From an archaeon (GTDB lineage Archaea > Iainarchaeota > Iainarchaeia > Iainarchaeales > Iainarchaeaceae), in NCBI GenBank assembly GCA_035289625.1, contig DATDWP010000028.1, positions 9,840-73,839 of the forward strand: a DNA stretch of 64,000 nt, in the 5' to 3' direction. Below, piece by piece: positions 20,091-29,914 of this stretch. How positions within the stretch are numbered: the stretch's first letter is position 1; each line of letters begins with the position of its first letter. Both the position numbers and the translations under genes were made by a program. The notes under the pieces are model-generated. The model had not been told where the DNA came from. It was given only the letters and a program-made list of their open reading frames with translations, and searched no databases.

Positions 20091-20435
20091 TTGGGTAGAA
20101 AGTATTGGGGTCAAGTTCATTATTTAATATCTCTTTTCTTTTGGCATAGGAAATATTTGTAGGGCAAAATCCAAATTTTTGCCAGATCTGATATCTAGAA
20201 ATTTGAGAATTGTTCATAAAACCTATATTCCGAATCCAGCTATTAAGGCTCGAATAACCTCTCAAATAGATGAGATACTTTATATGAGAATATGAATATG
20301 TTGGCTTTGCAACTAATTGAGTGCAATTAAACCCGGTTTTTTGTAGAATAGAAAATACACCATCTGAAAGTTGCTTAGAACAAACACCTAGCTTAATTAC
20401 AGGATAGGAGTGTTTTTTCTTATCCCCATGAACCT
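20041..20435 (-). pseudogene. Truncated LAGLIDADG-type endonuclease remnant overlapping tRNA-Arg
   Basis: YPVIKLGVCSKQL..V..IL.K.GF...YLIYLRG...W...IGFMN resembles the second half of a LAGLIDADG domain; the catalytic helix and a proper start are missing. Confidence 0.6.
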
Positions 20436-20487
20436 TTTTAAAGCTTCCCCACAAGAAAATAGTAGTAAACTTGGAAAGGCAAATTTT

Positions 20488-20640
20488 ATGAAAACATGCA
20501 TTACAACAAACAAGGTCGTAATAAATGACTTTATAGAATTCCACTGCCCGAGCTGCAATGAGCGAATAGTACGAAGCCTTGAAGCGCGCGCAAAGAGCTT
20601 ATCATATAAGTGCCCAACATGCAGCTTTAGCGGCCCATGA
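20488..20640 (+). CDS. Small Zn-ribbon protein (DUF1610/HVO_2753-like)
   Basis: FHCPSC...R...YKCPTCSFSGP; conserved position before EF-1beta. Confidence 0.88.
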   Translation: MKTCITTNKVVINDFIEFHCPSCNERIVRSLEARAKSLSYKCPTCSFSGP

Positions 20641-20664
20641 AGATATTTCTATTTTGTGATTAAT

Positions 20665-20928
20665 ATGCCAGATAAAACATTACTAATTGTTAGAATAAAT
20701 GCAAAAGATATGGAAAAACTTGATGAAACAGTTGAGGCAATTAAGGGAATAAAGAGCGGGGCTGTAAAGGATGTTCGAAAAGAACCCATTGGTTTTGGAG
20801 TCCAGATCATAAAAGCAGGAATATTGATTGATTCAAAAGACCAATCACTCCCGGAAAAAGTGCTAACAGAAATAAACGCGCTAGCAGAAGTTGAAGATGC
20901 TGAAATTGAAGGCATGACACTACTCTAA
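20665..20928 (+). CDS. ef1b: Elongation factor 1-beta
   Basis: KEPIGFGV motif; size and synteny. Confidence 0.9.
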   Translation: MPDKTLLIVRINAKDMEKLDETVEAIKGIKSGAVKDVRKEPIGFGVQIIKAGILIDSKDQSLPEKVLTEINALAEVEDAEIEGMTLL

Positions 20929-21002
20929 CTTCTAATTTTATTTACTAAAAAGGGCGGAATTCCTTTTTCTTTTAAATTTATTGCACTGTTTTGGGCTATT
21001 TA

Positions 21003-21401
21003 CTATTTGGAAGATGTACTGCCAGATTTTATTCGTTTATAGGTCGAAAAAAGAAAATTTGTAGTTGTTATTGTATAGAGAATGAGTGCTAGCAAAAAGA
21101 AAAGCGGATTTGAATAACCCACTATAAACATCATAACAAATATTGCAAGAAGCAAATTTTTTGAAACAAACATCTCAACTCCCGATATAACAAACCACAT
21201 TGCAATAAAAGTGGTTGCGAGGAAAAAATCATTTATTACATAGGAGATGAAAAAATAGCCAATTAGCACTGCCGCAAAATATAATTGGCCGTTGCCCTTG
21301 CGCGTGAAAATATTTACAACAATTGCAAGATAGATCAGCGCGGTTATCACTAACTTGAAGATTTCAAGCCCTGCTTCAAAAATCTGATCGGACATCAGCA
21401 C
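21003..21401 (-). CDS. Hypothetical membrane protein
   Basis: Several hydrophobic helices. Confidence 0.65.
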   Translation of the reverse strand: MLMSDQIFEAGLEIFKLVITALIYLAIVVNIFTRKGNGQLYFAAVLIGYFFISYVINDFFLATTFIAMWFVISGVEMFVSKNLLLAIFVMMFIVGYSNPLFFLLALILYTITTTNFLFSTYKRIKSGSTSSK

Positions 21402-21558
21402 AATAAGAAGTGGGAATTATTATTAGTTGCCAAGACCTATTTCTACATAACCCTACCCTGGGCGTTACCCCTTTTGGAAAAAATTAAAAATCACTGCTCC
21501 GTTGGCTTGCATTTTCCCCACTTACAATATATATTCTTTCTTAGGAAAATTAGTTCAG

Positions 21559-23610
21559 ATGATCAAAAGCATTTATTTGGAAAACTGGAAAACCCATTTG
21601 AAGAGCCAATTTGAATTTGCCAAAGGCACGAATGTAATAGTTGGAATATCCGGGGCTGGAAAAACATCAATAACCGATGCAATATCCTACGCGCTATACG
21701 GAACATTCCCCTCACTTGCAGCCCGCAAAGTGAGCCTTGAAGAAACCATAATGTCAAAACCACTAAAACAACAAACAACAACAATAAGGCTAGAATTTGA
21801 TTATTCCAATAAGAGCTACCAAATTGAGAGAACTTCTAGAAGAAACGGCATGAGCGAAGCCACCTTGCGGGAAGGCACAAAAATAATTGCAGGCCCTAAA
21901 ACAACAGATGTCACAAAAAAAGTAACTGAAATACTTGAAGTGAATTATGATCTTTTCAGCAGGGCAATATATTCTGAGCAAAACCAAATAGATTTTTTCC
22001 TAAAACTCTCAGCTTCGCAAAGAAAAGAAAAAATCGATGAACTCTTAGGGCTTGATAGGTATGAGCGCGTGCGAACAAATGCAGTGACGCTTCTAAACCG
22101 CATGAAAAAAATCAACGATGACAAAAAGGCATTTTTGCAAGAGCAGCGCAAGAAAATAAACCCTGTGCAAATTAGTGAATATGAATGGAAATTGAAGCAG
22201 AAAAGAGAGGAAATAGCCCAAAAAGAAAAAGAAATGGAAAATGTACAAAAACTCTTTTTACAAAAAGAACTTGCCGCAAAAGAAATTGAAAAAAAAGAAA
22301 AAGAACACAAATCAATACGCGAACTTGAAATATCAAAAAAATCGAAACTTGAATCACTGCAAGCCCAAATAGAGAATGCGCAAAAAAAATCCCAAGGGCA
22401 TGATCTAACAAGCACGCAAGAGGTTTTACTTAAAATGGCAACGGAGCTTGAAAAACTACATCTTGCAAAAAAATCCCTCGAAGACCTTGCAAAGGCAGCA
22501 CAAAGAGAGGAAAATGGAATAGGTGAAAAACTCGCAGTGCAAAAAAACCTGCTTTTATCAAATGCAAAAAGAATGAAAGAAGCAAAAGACCTTGAAGGAA
22601 AATGCCCAATATGCTGCAGGCCGCTTAGCGAACATGACAAAAAAAAACTGGATGAGGAAATAAAAGGGGAAGAGGAGAGCATTTCCAGGCAAAGTATAAT
22701 ACTGCAAAAAGAACTAGAGCAACAGAGCAAAAAATCCAAAGAGATTATTTCCCAAATAGAAAAGAACACGCGGCAATGCGAAGAGCTACGGGAAAAAATA
22801 CAAACTCTAACACGGCTTTTAGAAATAGCACAGGAGATAAAAGATAAAAAATTCCAAAAAGAAAAACTCGAAGAGGAACTTGCAAAAATACACTCCTCAT
22901 TACTTGAAATGAAATTTGATGAAAAAGATGCAATAAAATCTAGGGAGCAATACTACGAGGCGCGAGAGAAGCACTCCAAAATAAAAATTGAAATAAACGC
23001 AACAAAAGAACTTATAGCAGAACTTGAAACTGCAGAGCGAAGAATAAAGGAAATGCAAAGCCAAATTGAAGAATTGGAAGCGCAAACAAAAATATCTGAA
23101 AAGAATATGGAAAAACTCTCAATGTTCACCTCCGCCCTAAAATCAACACAAGCAGAACTTCGCAATGTAATGATAGATACAATAAACCAGGCAATGGAGC
23201 AGCTGTGGCCCAAAATATACCCATACCAAGATATTCTATGCGTAAAACTTACAGTGGATGAGGGGAGCTATGAAATAATGGTAAGGCAGGTTAGCGGAGA
23301 GTGGATTAGAGTTGAAGGCATACTCTCGGGCGGGGAGAGGAGCAGCGCCGCGCTTACACTGCGAATTGCAATTTCACTAGTGCTCACGCAAAACCTTGGA
23401 TGGATAATACTAGATGAGCCCACACACAACCTTGATGTGAATTCGGTAAAGGAACTATCTGAAATGATGAGAAATCATTTGCCACAATTTATTGAACAAA
23501 TATTTATCATAACCCACGAAAAAGAACTAGAGTATGCAGCATCGGGAAAACTCTACACGCTGGAGCGCGAAAAAGAAAGAGACGGAGTTACGAAAATATC
23601 AATTGAGTAG
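21559..23610 (+). CDS. rad50: Rad50/SbcC-type SMC ATPase
   Basis: GISGAGKTS, coiled coil with central CPIC zinc hook, LSGGE, ILDEPT, ITH. Confidence 0.92.
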   Translation: MIKSIYLENWKTHLKSQFEFAKGTNVIVGISGAGKTSITDAISYALYGTFPSLAARKVSLEETIMSKPLKQQTTTIRLEFDYSNKSYQIERTSRRNGMSEATLREGTKIIAGPKTTDVTKKVTEILEVNYDLFSRAIYSEQNQIDFFLKLSASQRKEKIDELLGLDRYERVRTNAVTLLNRMKKINDDKKAFLQEQRKKINPVQISEYEWKLKQKREEIAQKEKEMENVQKLFLQKELAAKEIEKKEKEHKSIRELEISKKSKLESLQAQIENAQKKSQGHDLTSTQEVLLKMATELEKLHLAKKSLEDLAKAAQREENGIGEKLAVQKNLLLSNAKRMKEAKDLEGKCPICCRPLSEHDKKKLDEEIKGEEESISRQSIILQKELEQQSKKSKEIISQIEKNTRQCEELREKIQTLTRLLEIAQEIKDKKFQKEKLEEELAKIHSSLLEMKFDEKDAIKSREQYYEAREKHSKIKIEINATKELIAELETAERRIKEMQSQIEELEAQTKISEKNMEKLSMFTSALKSTQAELRNVMIDTINQAMEQLWPKIYPYQDILCVKLTVDEGSYEIMVRQVSGEWIRVEGILSGGERSSAALTLRIAISLVLTQNLGWIILDEPTHNLDVNSVKELSEMMRNHLPQFIEQIFIITHEKELEYAASGKLYTLEREKERDGVTKISIE

Positions 23611-23615
23611 ATAAA

Positions 23616-23810
23616 TTACTGCGCTTTTGCTTTTGCCTTCTTTCTTGTCAAAAACCCTGCAACCAAATTGCGCTGGGTTGTACTAAGAGGCATTCCTATA
23701 GAATCGACAAATTTTTTATTCTGAGTAAAATCCACACTTACCTGATCGGGATAAGTTTGCATAATCACATTTGCCGTGCTCTTGACTTTTTGCGGAACTG
23801 CTTTTCCCAT
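23616..23810 (-). CDS. rps17e: 30S ribosomal protein S17e
   Basis: MGK...DFTQNKK...RNLVAGFLTR. Confidence 0.93.
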   Translation of the reverse strand: MGKAVPQKVKSTANVIMQTYPDQVSVDFTQNKKFVDSIGMPLSTTQRNLVAGFLTRKKAKAKAQ

Positions 23811-24017
23811 CTAATTCCCCTCAAATCTTTCAACATGCCCATCCGGAAATTCCCTTAGAACAGTAATCGGAATCACTTTCTTTTCAAGTTCTATTTTTGC
23901 AACTTCAAGAGCATTAGCGCCTTTTGGAGCCTTTGCAAGAGCAGGAGCTCCAAGAGATAATTGAAGAGCACGCGCGCTAATTAGGCGGGTCTTCTCAAAA
24001 CGGGTCAATCTCACCAT
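23811..24017 (-). CDS. rpoK: RNA polymerase subunit K (Rpo6)
   Basis: TRFEKTRLISARALQLSLGAP...IPITVLR. Confidence 0.96.
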   Translation of the reverse strand: MVRLTRFEKTRLISARALQLSLGAPALAKAPKGANALEVAKIELEKKVIPITVLREFPDGHVERFEGN

Positions 24018-24085
24018 AAAAACACTTAAAACAAGGATAAGCCAGTAGTAACTCTTCCACGCAAAGAAATATAAAGCTTAAGTCT

Positions 24086-25591
24086 TTAGAACCGAAGGGC
24101 CCGAACCCCTATAAGACGCCTATCCACACTATACAAATCGGAAAAGCTCTTTAGCACCCCAATTAGCGATTGCGAATCAACCAAGATGCGCGAAAAATTA
24201 GGCGAAGAACTAGGAGTATTTGCGCCCACTAGTGCAACCTGCTCAAAATCCCTCAAAACCCCGCCATTTATTGACTGTATTGCAATTGCAACACTTTTCT
24301 GGAAAAATCCGCAATCCTTACTTGTGAGAATTTGGGGCAGGGAAGTTAGAATTTGCGAGATATTTTTATTTAGAATTTTACTATAAAAAAATGAAGGGCT
24401 TGATTCGATTTGCCGCTGGTAAAATAGGCCATGCGAAGCAACGCTACTGGCCTGCTCAAGCTCTAGCCCAGATTTTGCCAAAAGAAGAATGGATTTTAGC
24501 GATTGCACCTGCTCTGAAAGAGCGCTTTCATTTTGCAAACAAGCCCACATTGGTTTTGAATCTGAAAGTATTTGGACAGAATTTTGCTTTGCCAGCTGCA
24601 GAGCGTCACATAGCAAAATGAACTCCTCACTATTTCTACCAAATGGCCCTATAGGGTAAAAATCATACGAATACTCCGATCTTCTTGCAATCCGCTTTTC
24701 CTTTAGCGCCTTTGAATTGTGAAAATCTTCCGCCCAAATCGGGGAAAGAGAATTGAAGTAAAAACCATCGCAGAGAAATTTCACCTTCACAAGGCTTGAT
24801 GGCAAAACATTCTTATGCGAAATTGATAATGGAGCGCAGCATTTACAATTTAGGGTTTCAAACCCAATATTATTGAAAGGCATTGAGCACATCAGGCAAA
24901 CAATCATTGAAAGATCAATTTCAGATTTTCCCCGGTGCGCCCTTGGAATTTGTGTCTTGCCTTTTTTTTCCAAAACAAGAGGGATTTTTGAAGCAAAAAA
25001 AGAATTTTCAGCAAAAACTTCACCCAGCTCTTTTGGCGCATCCCTTCCGACAAGCGGTATTTTGAGAAGACGCGAGCGCACAATTTTTTCCACCATCTCT
25101 TTTGCAATATTTTTATCTACTACCAAAAGATCCTGCACTGTTTTTTTCAAAGATTCTGAGATAAAATCAAGTTCTACATCAGGAAATTCGCACGAATTCA
25201 CCAGTTCTGGTTCGCCTGAGGAGAAAGAAAAAGAATCAAAATACCCCCACCCTTTTTCGATCAAAAATTGCCGCTCTGGTTCTATCAGATTTACATGCAC
25301 CCCAAAATAAGTGTCAAGAAGATTTGCCACTACTTTTAGATCTGAAAAAGTTGCAGCAAAAATCACCGCAACATCCCCATCAATATCTGCTTTCACACGC
25401 TGCAAATCGTGCTTTGATAAAACTTCCCTAAAAAGCTGCGCTGAAATTCCCCTTAGAGGAAAGTACATTTTCGGGAAGAAAGAGTAGCGTTTTGTGATAC
25501 GCTCTTTTTTGGAAGAAAACTCTGCTAAAACCTGCCTTTTTTGCGCAGAATAGCTAACTCTACAAAGAAACATGTGTGTGCTTGGGAGCAT
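24086..25591 (-). CDS. Degenerate (probably inactive) family B DNA polymerase homolog
   Basis: Colinear PolB-like segments: IEPERQFLIEKG; EIDLSM...NNIGFETLNCKCC (motif A region); WAC...SALSE; ILVDSQS in place of YxDTDS. Confidence 0.6.
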   Translation of the reverse strand: MLPSTHMFLCRVSYSAQKRQVLAEFSSKKERITKRYSFFPKMYFPLRGISAQLFREVLSKHDLQRVKADIDGDVAVIFAATFSDLKVVANLLDTYFGVHVNLIEPERQFLIEKGWGYFDSFSFSSGEPELVNSCEFPDVELDFISESLKKTVQDLLVVDKNIAKEMVEKIVRSRLLKIPLVGRDAPKELGEVFAENSFFASKIPLVLEKKGKTQIPRAHRGKSEIDLSMIVCLMCSMPFNNIGFETLNCKCCAPLSISHKNVLPSSLVKVKFLCDGFYFNSLSPIWAEDFHNSKALKEKRIARRSEYSYDFYPIGPFGRNSEEFILLCDALQLAKQNSVQILSDSKPMWACLQNESALSEQVQSLKSILLLAKSGLELEQASSVASHGLFYQRQIESSPSFFYSKILNKNISQILTSLPQILTSKDCGFFQKSVAIAIQSINGGVLRDFEQVALVGANTPSSSPNFSRILVDSQSLIGVLKSFSDLYSVDRRLIGVRALRF

Positions 25592-25632
25592 AGCACACTT
25601 GCGGAACCTGCTTTAAAAAGCGTTTGGAGAGG

Positions 25633-25649
25633 GACCTCATTGCCGGTGC
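25633..25649 (-). promoter_or_regulatory. 17-bp motif GCACCGGCAATGAGGTC upstream of the TATA box of the PolB-like gene
   Basis: Exact second copy at 32197-32213, upstream of nurA. Confidence 0.55.
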
Positions 25650-25704
25650 CAAACAAAAATTTTCCCCATTAACAACAAAATGTTGCCCCAATGTTAAGGA
25701 TGGC

Positions 25705-26310
25705 TCATTTTCGTGCCGCTCTTCTTTTCAAAATTTCATACGCGAGCGGAACAATTGATAGCACAATTATTCCAATTATTACAAGGGTTAGCATTTCCCC
25801 GGCGTTTGGCAAAAGGCTCCCTAAAAAATATCCACCGAGAACAAAAATAAGGGTCCAGAGAATTCCTCCTGCTATATTGTATGTTACAAAAGTTTTGTAA
25901 TCCATTCCCCCAATCCCTGCAACAATTGGGGCAAATGTCCTAATTGCCGGAACAAACCTTGCAAGCACGATTGTTTTTTTCCCGTGCTTTTCATAAAACC
26001 CCTGCGCTTCTTCAATATGCTTTGGGTCAAAAAAGAAAGAGCCCGGTTTATTGAATAATTTTTTGCCAAAGTTAGCGCCTGTCCAATACCCAACTTGGTC
26101 TCCTGCAATTGCGCAAATTGCAACGCCCAATAGCACAATTTTTAGATCAAAAAAACCTGTTGCAGCCAAAATTCCGGCAGTAAAGAGCAGCGAATCCCCT
26201 GGCAAAAAAAATCCGAAAAAAAGCCCGGATTCAGCAAAAACAATTGCAAAAAGTGCCAGATATCCAGAGCCTAAGAGCAGCCCTTGGATAGATTCTGAGA
26301 GATCGAGCAT
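25705..26310 (-). CDS. dedA: DedA/VTT family membrane protein
   Basis: FAESGLFFGFFLPGDSLLFTAG, ARFVPAIRTFAP. Confidence 0.95.
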   Translation of the reverse strand: MLDLSESIQGLLLGSGYLALFAIVFAESGLFFGFFLPGDSLLFTAGILAATGFFDLKIVLLGVAICAIAGDQVGYWTGANFGKKLFNKPGSFFFDPKHIEEAQGFYEKHGKKTIVLARFVPAIRTFAPIVAGIGGMDYKTFVTYNIAGGILWTLIFVLGGYFLGSLLPNAGEMLTLVIIGIIVLSIVPLAYEILKRRAARK

Positions 26311-26349
26311 AAACTAAAAATTTGCACTGAAACATTTAACAAACGAACT

Positions 26350-29300
26350 TTAGAGCAAATCCTCAATATCTTTTGAAGCAGCATCCTTTGTATCCTCAAA
26401 ATCAACTGCCGCCTTTTCAAGTGTTGTCTCATGGCGCGAATCTTGCGAGAGCTTTTTTCTCACCTTGAAAAAAACAGGAAAGTTCACAGCTTCCCCGACA
26501 ATTAAAGCTTCGCCTGTTCGCATTGTAGTTATCATATCAAGGCTACGCTTATCTAGCCCTTCACTAGTTTTTCCAATATGGTCAAGATCGTAAGGGTTTG
26601 TCACGCGCAATATTATATGAGTGTTGCACTGGGAAAGGGCTGTTGTTGAAAGATTTATCGGGCGCTGGGAAATTAGACAAATTGTTGCCCCGAACTTTCT
26701 TCCCTCGCGTGCAATTGTTTCCAAAATCCCCCTGCTAATTGCACCCTCTTTTGAAACCTTTTCCGGGATGAATTGGTGCGCCTCTTCAAGAACCATTGTA
26801 AAGGGCGCGATTTTTTTGTTCTTTCTTTCATAAAATAATTTTGACGAAAAATACGCAACAATTATCTGCTTTTTTTTCATATCAACAATATCGCTAAGAT
26901 CAACAATTGTAAGCTGCCCAGGCCTTATCAGATCATTAATGCTCGGGCTGTCTGTTTTTGAAAATAACCCAAGCTGCTCAAGTGACATAATCCAACCAAC
27001 AAGTGATTGCTTTGTTGCTTCCTTCATCTCTGTGTCTTTGAAAATTTCCGATTTTACCGCGCTAAAATCAAATGGCCCGAGCCCTTCTTTCATTTCCCTT
27101 TTCAATTTTTCCAAAACGCGCGCAAGATCCCTTTTTTGCGGGGATGTGAGCCCGGGAATAATCGAAGCCAGCATTCCAATTGAGAGCTTTGGGACCCCTA
27201 TCTGAATTTCCGGGGCCCTAATATATCTTGTTTTTGAAGAAAAATCAGCATAGCGAGAATCTGTCGGGGGCTCAGCAAATGAACGGTACTCTCCGTGCGC
27301 GTCCATTACAATTACTGCAATTCTACCATCCTCTTTTTTTCGCGCAAGGAGCTCTTCAAATAAAACAGAAGTTAGATAGCTGTTGTGTACAATAATTTCA
27401 TTTGCTACAAAGTTTGAATTTTCAACTGAAATATCATAAACATATTTATAGGCGGGTTTTATTTTCTGTATGTCTTCTACTGTGTCAAAAAATACATTCA
27501 TTTCACAAAATTTTTTAACTACACTTATCCGTGCTCTTGCATTGATCAAGTTTTGGCTGGATTCTTGTGCAATTTTTTTAAGTGAATCTGCAAAAGACAG
27601 CACCAATGAATTGTCAGCTTGGCCTCTTCCTTTTGAATGGCTATAGAGAAATTGTTTGTAACACCCATTAGTTTTGCACAATCCCTCGGTTGAATAACCC
27701 AAAGACTCGCAAAAAGCCTTAATTTCAGAAAGAGCCTTGTTTCTATCATCAGAACACACCCTTTCAAGGCCATTTAAGTTCCCACCCTTTATCTTTAACA
27801 CATTTTTTGCAAGAATGAAAGTCGTATTTTTAGGGGATGTTATTTCCCGAACAACCCTTCTTGCAGTGGTGCTTGACACCCCACTACCGGCAGCAATTTG
27901 ATTAAAATCAAGACCCTCAGAATATGCAGTTTTTAGTATTTCAAGAGCGTTCTGCTCAGATATAGGAATCAATGTTTCAAATACTGAATTTATTTTTACC
28001 AATGTATTTTCAATCTCTTCTGCCCGTTTTTCAAAAAGCCCAATAAGCACTCTCAAACTTTCCCTCGAAGGATTATCCTTACGGTAAAGGTAATTATTTA
28101 TGCCTGAAGACTCTTTTTGCGGCTGTGGCATTCTTAGCAATGAAAGTATTTCCGCAAGATGCGTATGTGTATGCGGTACAACATCAATATTCGTGTTGGG
28201 TTTTGTATGAACCCATTTATCCAATGCGGATTTTTTGTAATCTATCAGCAGGTTTAAATCGTGCAATTTGCGTATTTCCCCCGAGCCACTCACTAAAACT
28301 CTCTGGTATTCTTCCCCATCCACTATTTTGACACTGCGAAGCGTTATGACCCCTAACTTCGTAAATATTTCCTCTACCCCATCAGCTAGCCTTTTGCCGG
28401 CAACTGTTACATCTAACTCTGATTTATCCGGGTTTACATACCCATCACAATCGATAAAAGCCGAGATAAAATTTTTTAGGACATTTTTTTCACTTTGGAG
28501 AATTTCATCCGGAATGAATTTTGTCCAACTTGATTTGGTAAAACCATAGCCATTTAGGCATCGTGCGAGGACAATAGAATCTATTAATAATTCCCCTTTG
28601 GATTTGGCCTTTTTCACCCTGAGAGCAAATTTTTCTTCACAAATATCGGTAAAGTCTTTTTGTATTAGCTGATTTTCATTCGAGAAATTCATCCTCGATT
28701 TAAGCGTATTATGGCCTTCGGCAATAAGGTAGGCCATAAGTCTTGCAAAGCGTTCATCAACAGAATATAAAAGTTTGGTCGAAATCTTCGACTGTTTTTG
28801 GATAGCATATCCATCTTCCATCTTAACCCCCTTGAATTTTGCAGCTGAAGCAGTGAAATCTATTTGGGACTTTTTCCCAACCCAATCTACTCTTGGCAAA
28901 AATACATAATCATTTACCGAAATATTTTGTGCTTCTTTCCATTCAATTGCCCCGTTAAATACAGGCACCAAATGTTCTGGCGTCACCTCAATTTCTTTTC
29001 CAGTCCTTGTTTTTATCCGAATGGCATTTTCCGGAGCCTTTCTCCTATAATACCCAAGTATTTTCCCCGGAACTACCTTATTGACAGACTCTGAAAGCGC
29101 ATACGCCCTCAAATCAAAATCCTCTTCCCAAAACTCTACTCCATTTTCAACTTTCTTATTTTTTTCCAACACAGAATCTACAATCCCACCAATGGTTTTC
29201 TGTGCGCTATTCTCAAGCAATATTTTCGTGTCAGGTTTTACACATTTACCGGCACCAGACATCGCCAAAATCGCAAGGTGCTTTTGGAAAAGGCGTGAAA

Positions 29301-29799
29301 GATTTAATTTTACCGAAACATCATGATGCTCAATTTCGCCTAGCATTAGCCCTTTTTGCAAATCAAGGCCTAGGAATTTTTCCAAAGTTGCCCTTACTGC
29401 TACGCGCACTTTTGTTCCGGGGGAAGGCGGAAAAGTTGCGCGCCTCATTCTGCCTTCATTATATACACCCAAAGGACGGGTTTTTGCAACCAAATATTCC
29501 CACTCATGAGCAGGAAATTGCTCGAATAATTTTTTTCCGGAAGATTCAAATTCTTTAACACTTTCAAATCTTTCAAAATACCTATTTGTTTTGAGAACAT
29601 CGCCGACAAGGCAAACCATTGTCCCTTCACTATAATCAAGCTCAACAAATTGGCCGCGATGAATTGAACCAGAATATACAACAAAATCCAGTGAACTTGG
29701 GGATGGGCCTTCCATACTGCTAACAACAGTTCCGATTTCACCCTCTTTTAATTGCGGCAGATTTTTTAGCTGCTCATCTGAAATCTGCGTTTCATTCAC
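26350..29799 (-). CDS. herA: HerA DNA translocase/ATPase with an intein in the Walker A motif
   Basis: N-terminal barrel domain, HLAILAMSGAGK|SY, DAHGEY, LEEAH, AREGRKFG, SQRP; nurA upstream. Confidence 0.93.
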   Translation of the reverse strand: MNETQISDEQLKNLPQLKEGEIGTVVSSMEGPSPSSLDFVVYSGSIHRGQFVELDYSEGTMVCLVGDVLKTNRYFERFESVKEFESSGKKLFEQFPAHEWEYLVAKTRPLGVYNEGRMRRATFPPSPGTKVRVAVRATLEKFLGLDLQKGLMLGEIEHHDVSVKLNLSRLFQKHLAILAMSGAGKCVKPDTKILLENSAQKTIGGIVDSVLEKNKKVENGVEFWEEDFDLRAYALSESVNKVVPGKILGYYRRKAPENAIRIKTRTGKEIEVTPEHLVPVFNGAIEWKEAQNISVNDYVFLPRVDWVGKKSQIDFTASAAKFKGVKMEDGYAIQKQSKISTKLLYSVDERFARLMAYLIAEGHNTLKSRMNFSNENQLIQKDFTDICEEKFALRVKKAKSKGELLIDSIVLARCLNGYGFTKSSWTKFIPDEILQSEKNVLKNFISAFIDCDGYVNPDKSELDVTVAGKRLADGVEEIFTKLGVITLRSVKIVDGEEYQRVLVSGSGEIRKLHDLNLLIDYKKSALDKWVHTKPNTNIDVVPHTHTHLAEILSLLRMPQPQKESSGINNYLYRKDNPSRESLRVLIGLFEKRAEEIENTLVKINSVFETLIPISEQNALEILKTAYSEGLDFNQIAAGSGVSSTTARRVVREITSPKNTTFILAKNVLKIKGGNLNGLERVCSDDRNKALSEIKAFCESLGYSTEGLCKTNGCYKQFLYSHSKGRGQADNSLVLSFADSLKKIAQESSQNLINARARISVVKKFCEMNVFFDTVEDIQKIKPAYKYVYDISVENSNFVANEIIVHNSYLTSVLFEELLARKKEDGRIAVIVMDAHGEYRSFAEPPTDSRYADFSSKTRYIRAPEIQIGVPKLSIGMLASIIPGLTSPQKRDLARVLEKLKREMKEGLGPFDFSAVKSEIFKDTEMKEATKQSLVGWIMSLEQLGLFSKTDSPSINDLIRPGQLTIVDLSDIVDMKKKQIIVAYFSSKLFYERKNKKIAPFTMVLEEAHQFIPEKVSKEGAISRGILETIAREGRKFGATICLISQRPINLSTTALSQCNTHIILRVTNPYDLDHIGKTSEGLDKRSLDMITTMRTGEALIVGEAVNFPVFFKVRKKLSQDSRHETTLEKAAVDFEDTKDAASKDIEDLL
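27382..29244 (-). mobile_element. Intein (621 aa) with LAGLIDADG homing endonuclease
   Basis: Begins CVKPDTKI; block B VTPEH; LMAYLIAEG and FISAFIDCDG motifs; ends VYDISV..NFVANEIIVHN followed by Ser. Confidence 0.95.
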
Positions 29800-29912
29800 T
29801 GCAAATCACCAACCGCAGGCCCTTCATAACCACAATCAGGGCACCTATACTGCCTACCCCCCAAATCCAGAGCTTCCTTCATCTTCTTTGACCTACATCG
29901 CGGGCATATCAT
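29796..29912 (-). CDS. Small Zn-finger protein (38 aa), not in the ORF track
   Basis: MICPRCRSKKMKEALDLGGRQYRCPDCGYEGPAVGDLQ; GGAG RBS; stop overlaps the herA GTG. Confidence 0.8.
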   Translation of the reverse strand: MICPRCRSKKMKEALDLGGRQYRCPDCGYEGPAVGDLQ

Positions 29913-29914
29913 AA

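Noticed and set aside
21945..22769. Long antisense ORFs (also 43034-43897, 15181-15828, 62836-63462 and others)
   Set aside because: They are shadows of well-supported genes on the opposite strand, with S/F-rich antisense composition.
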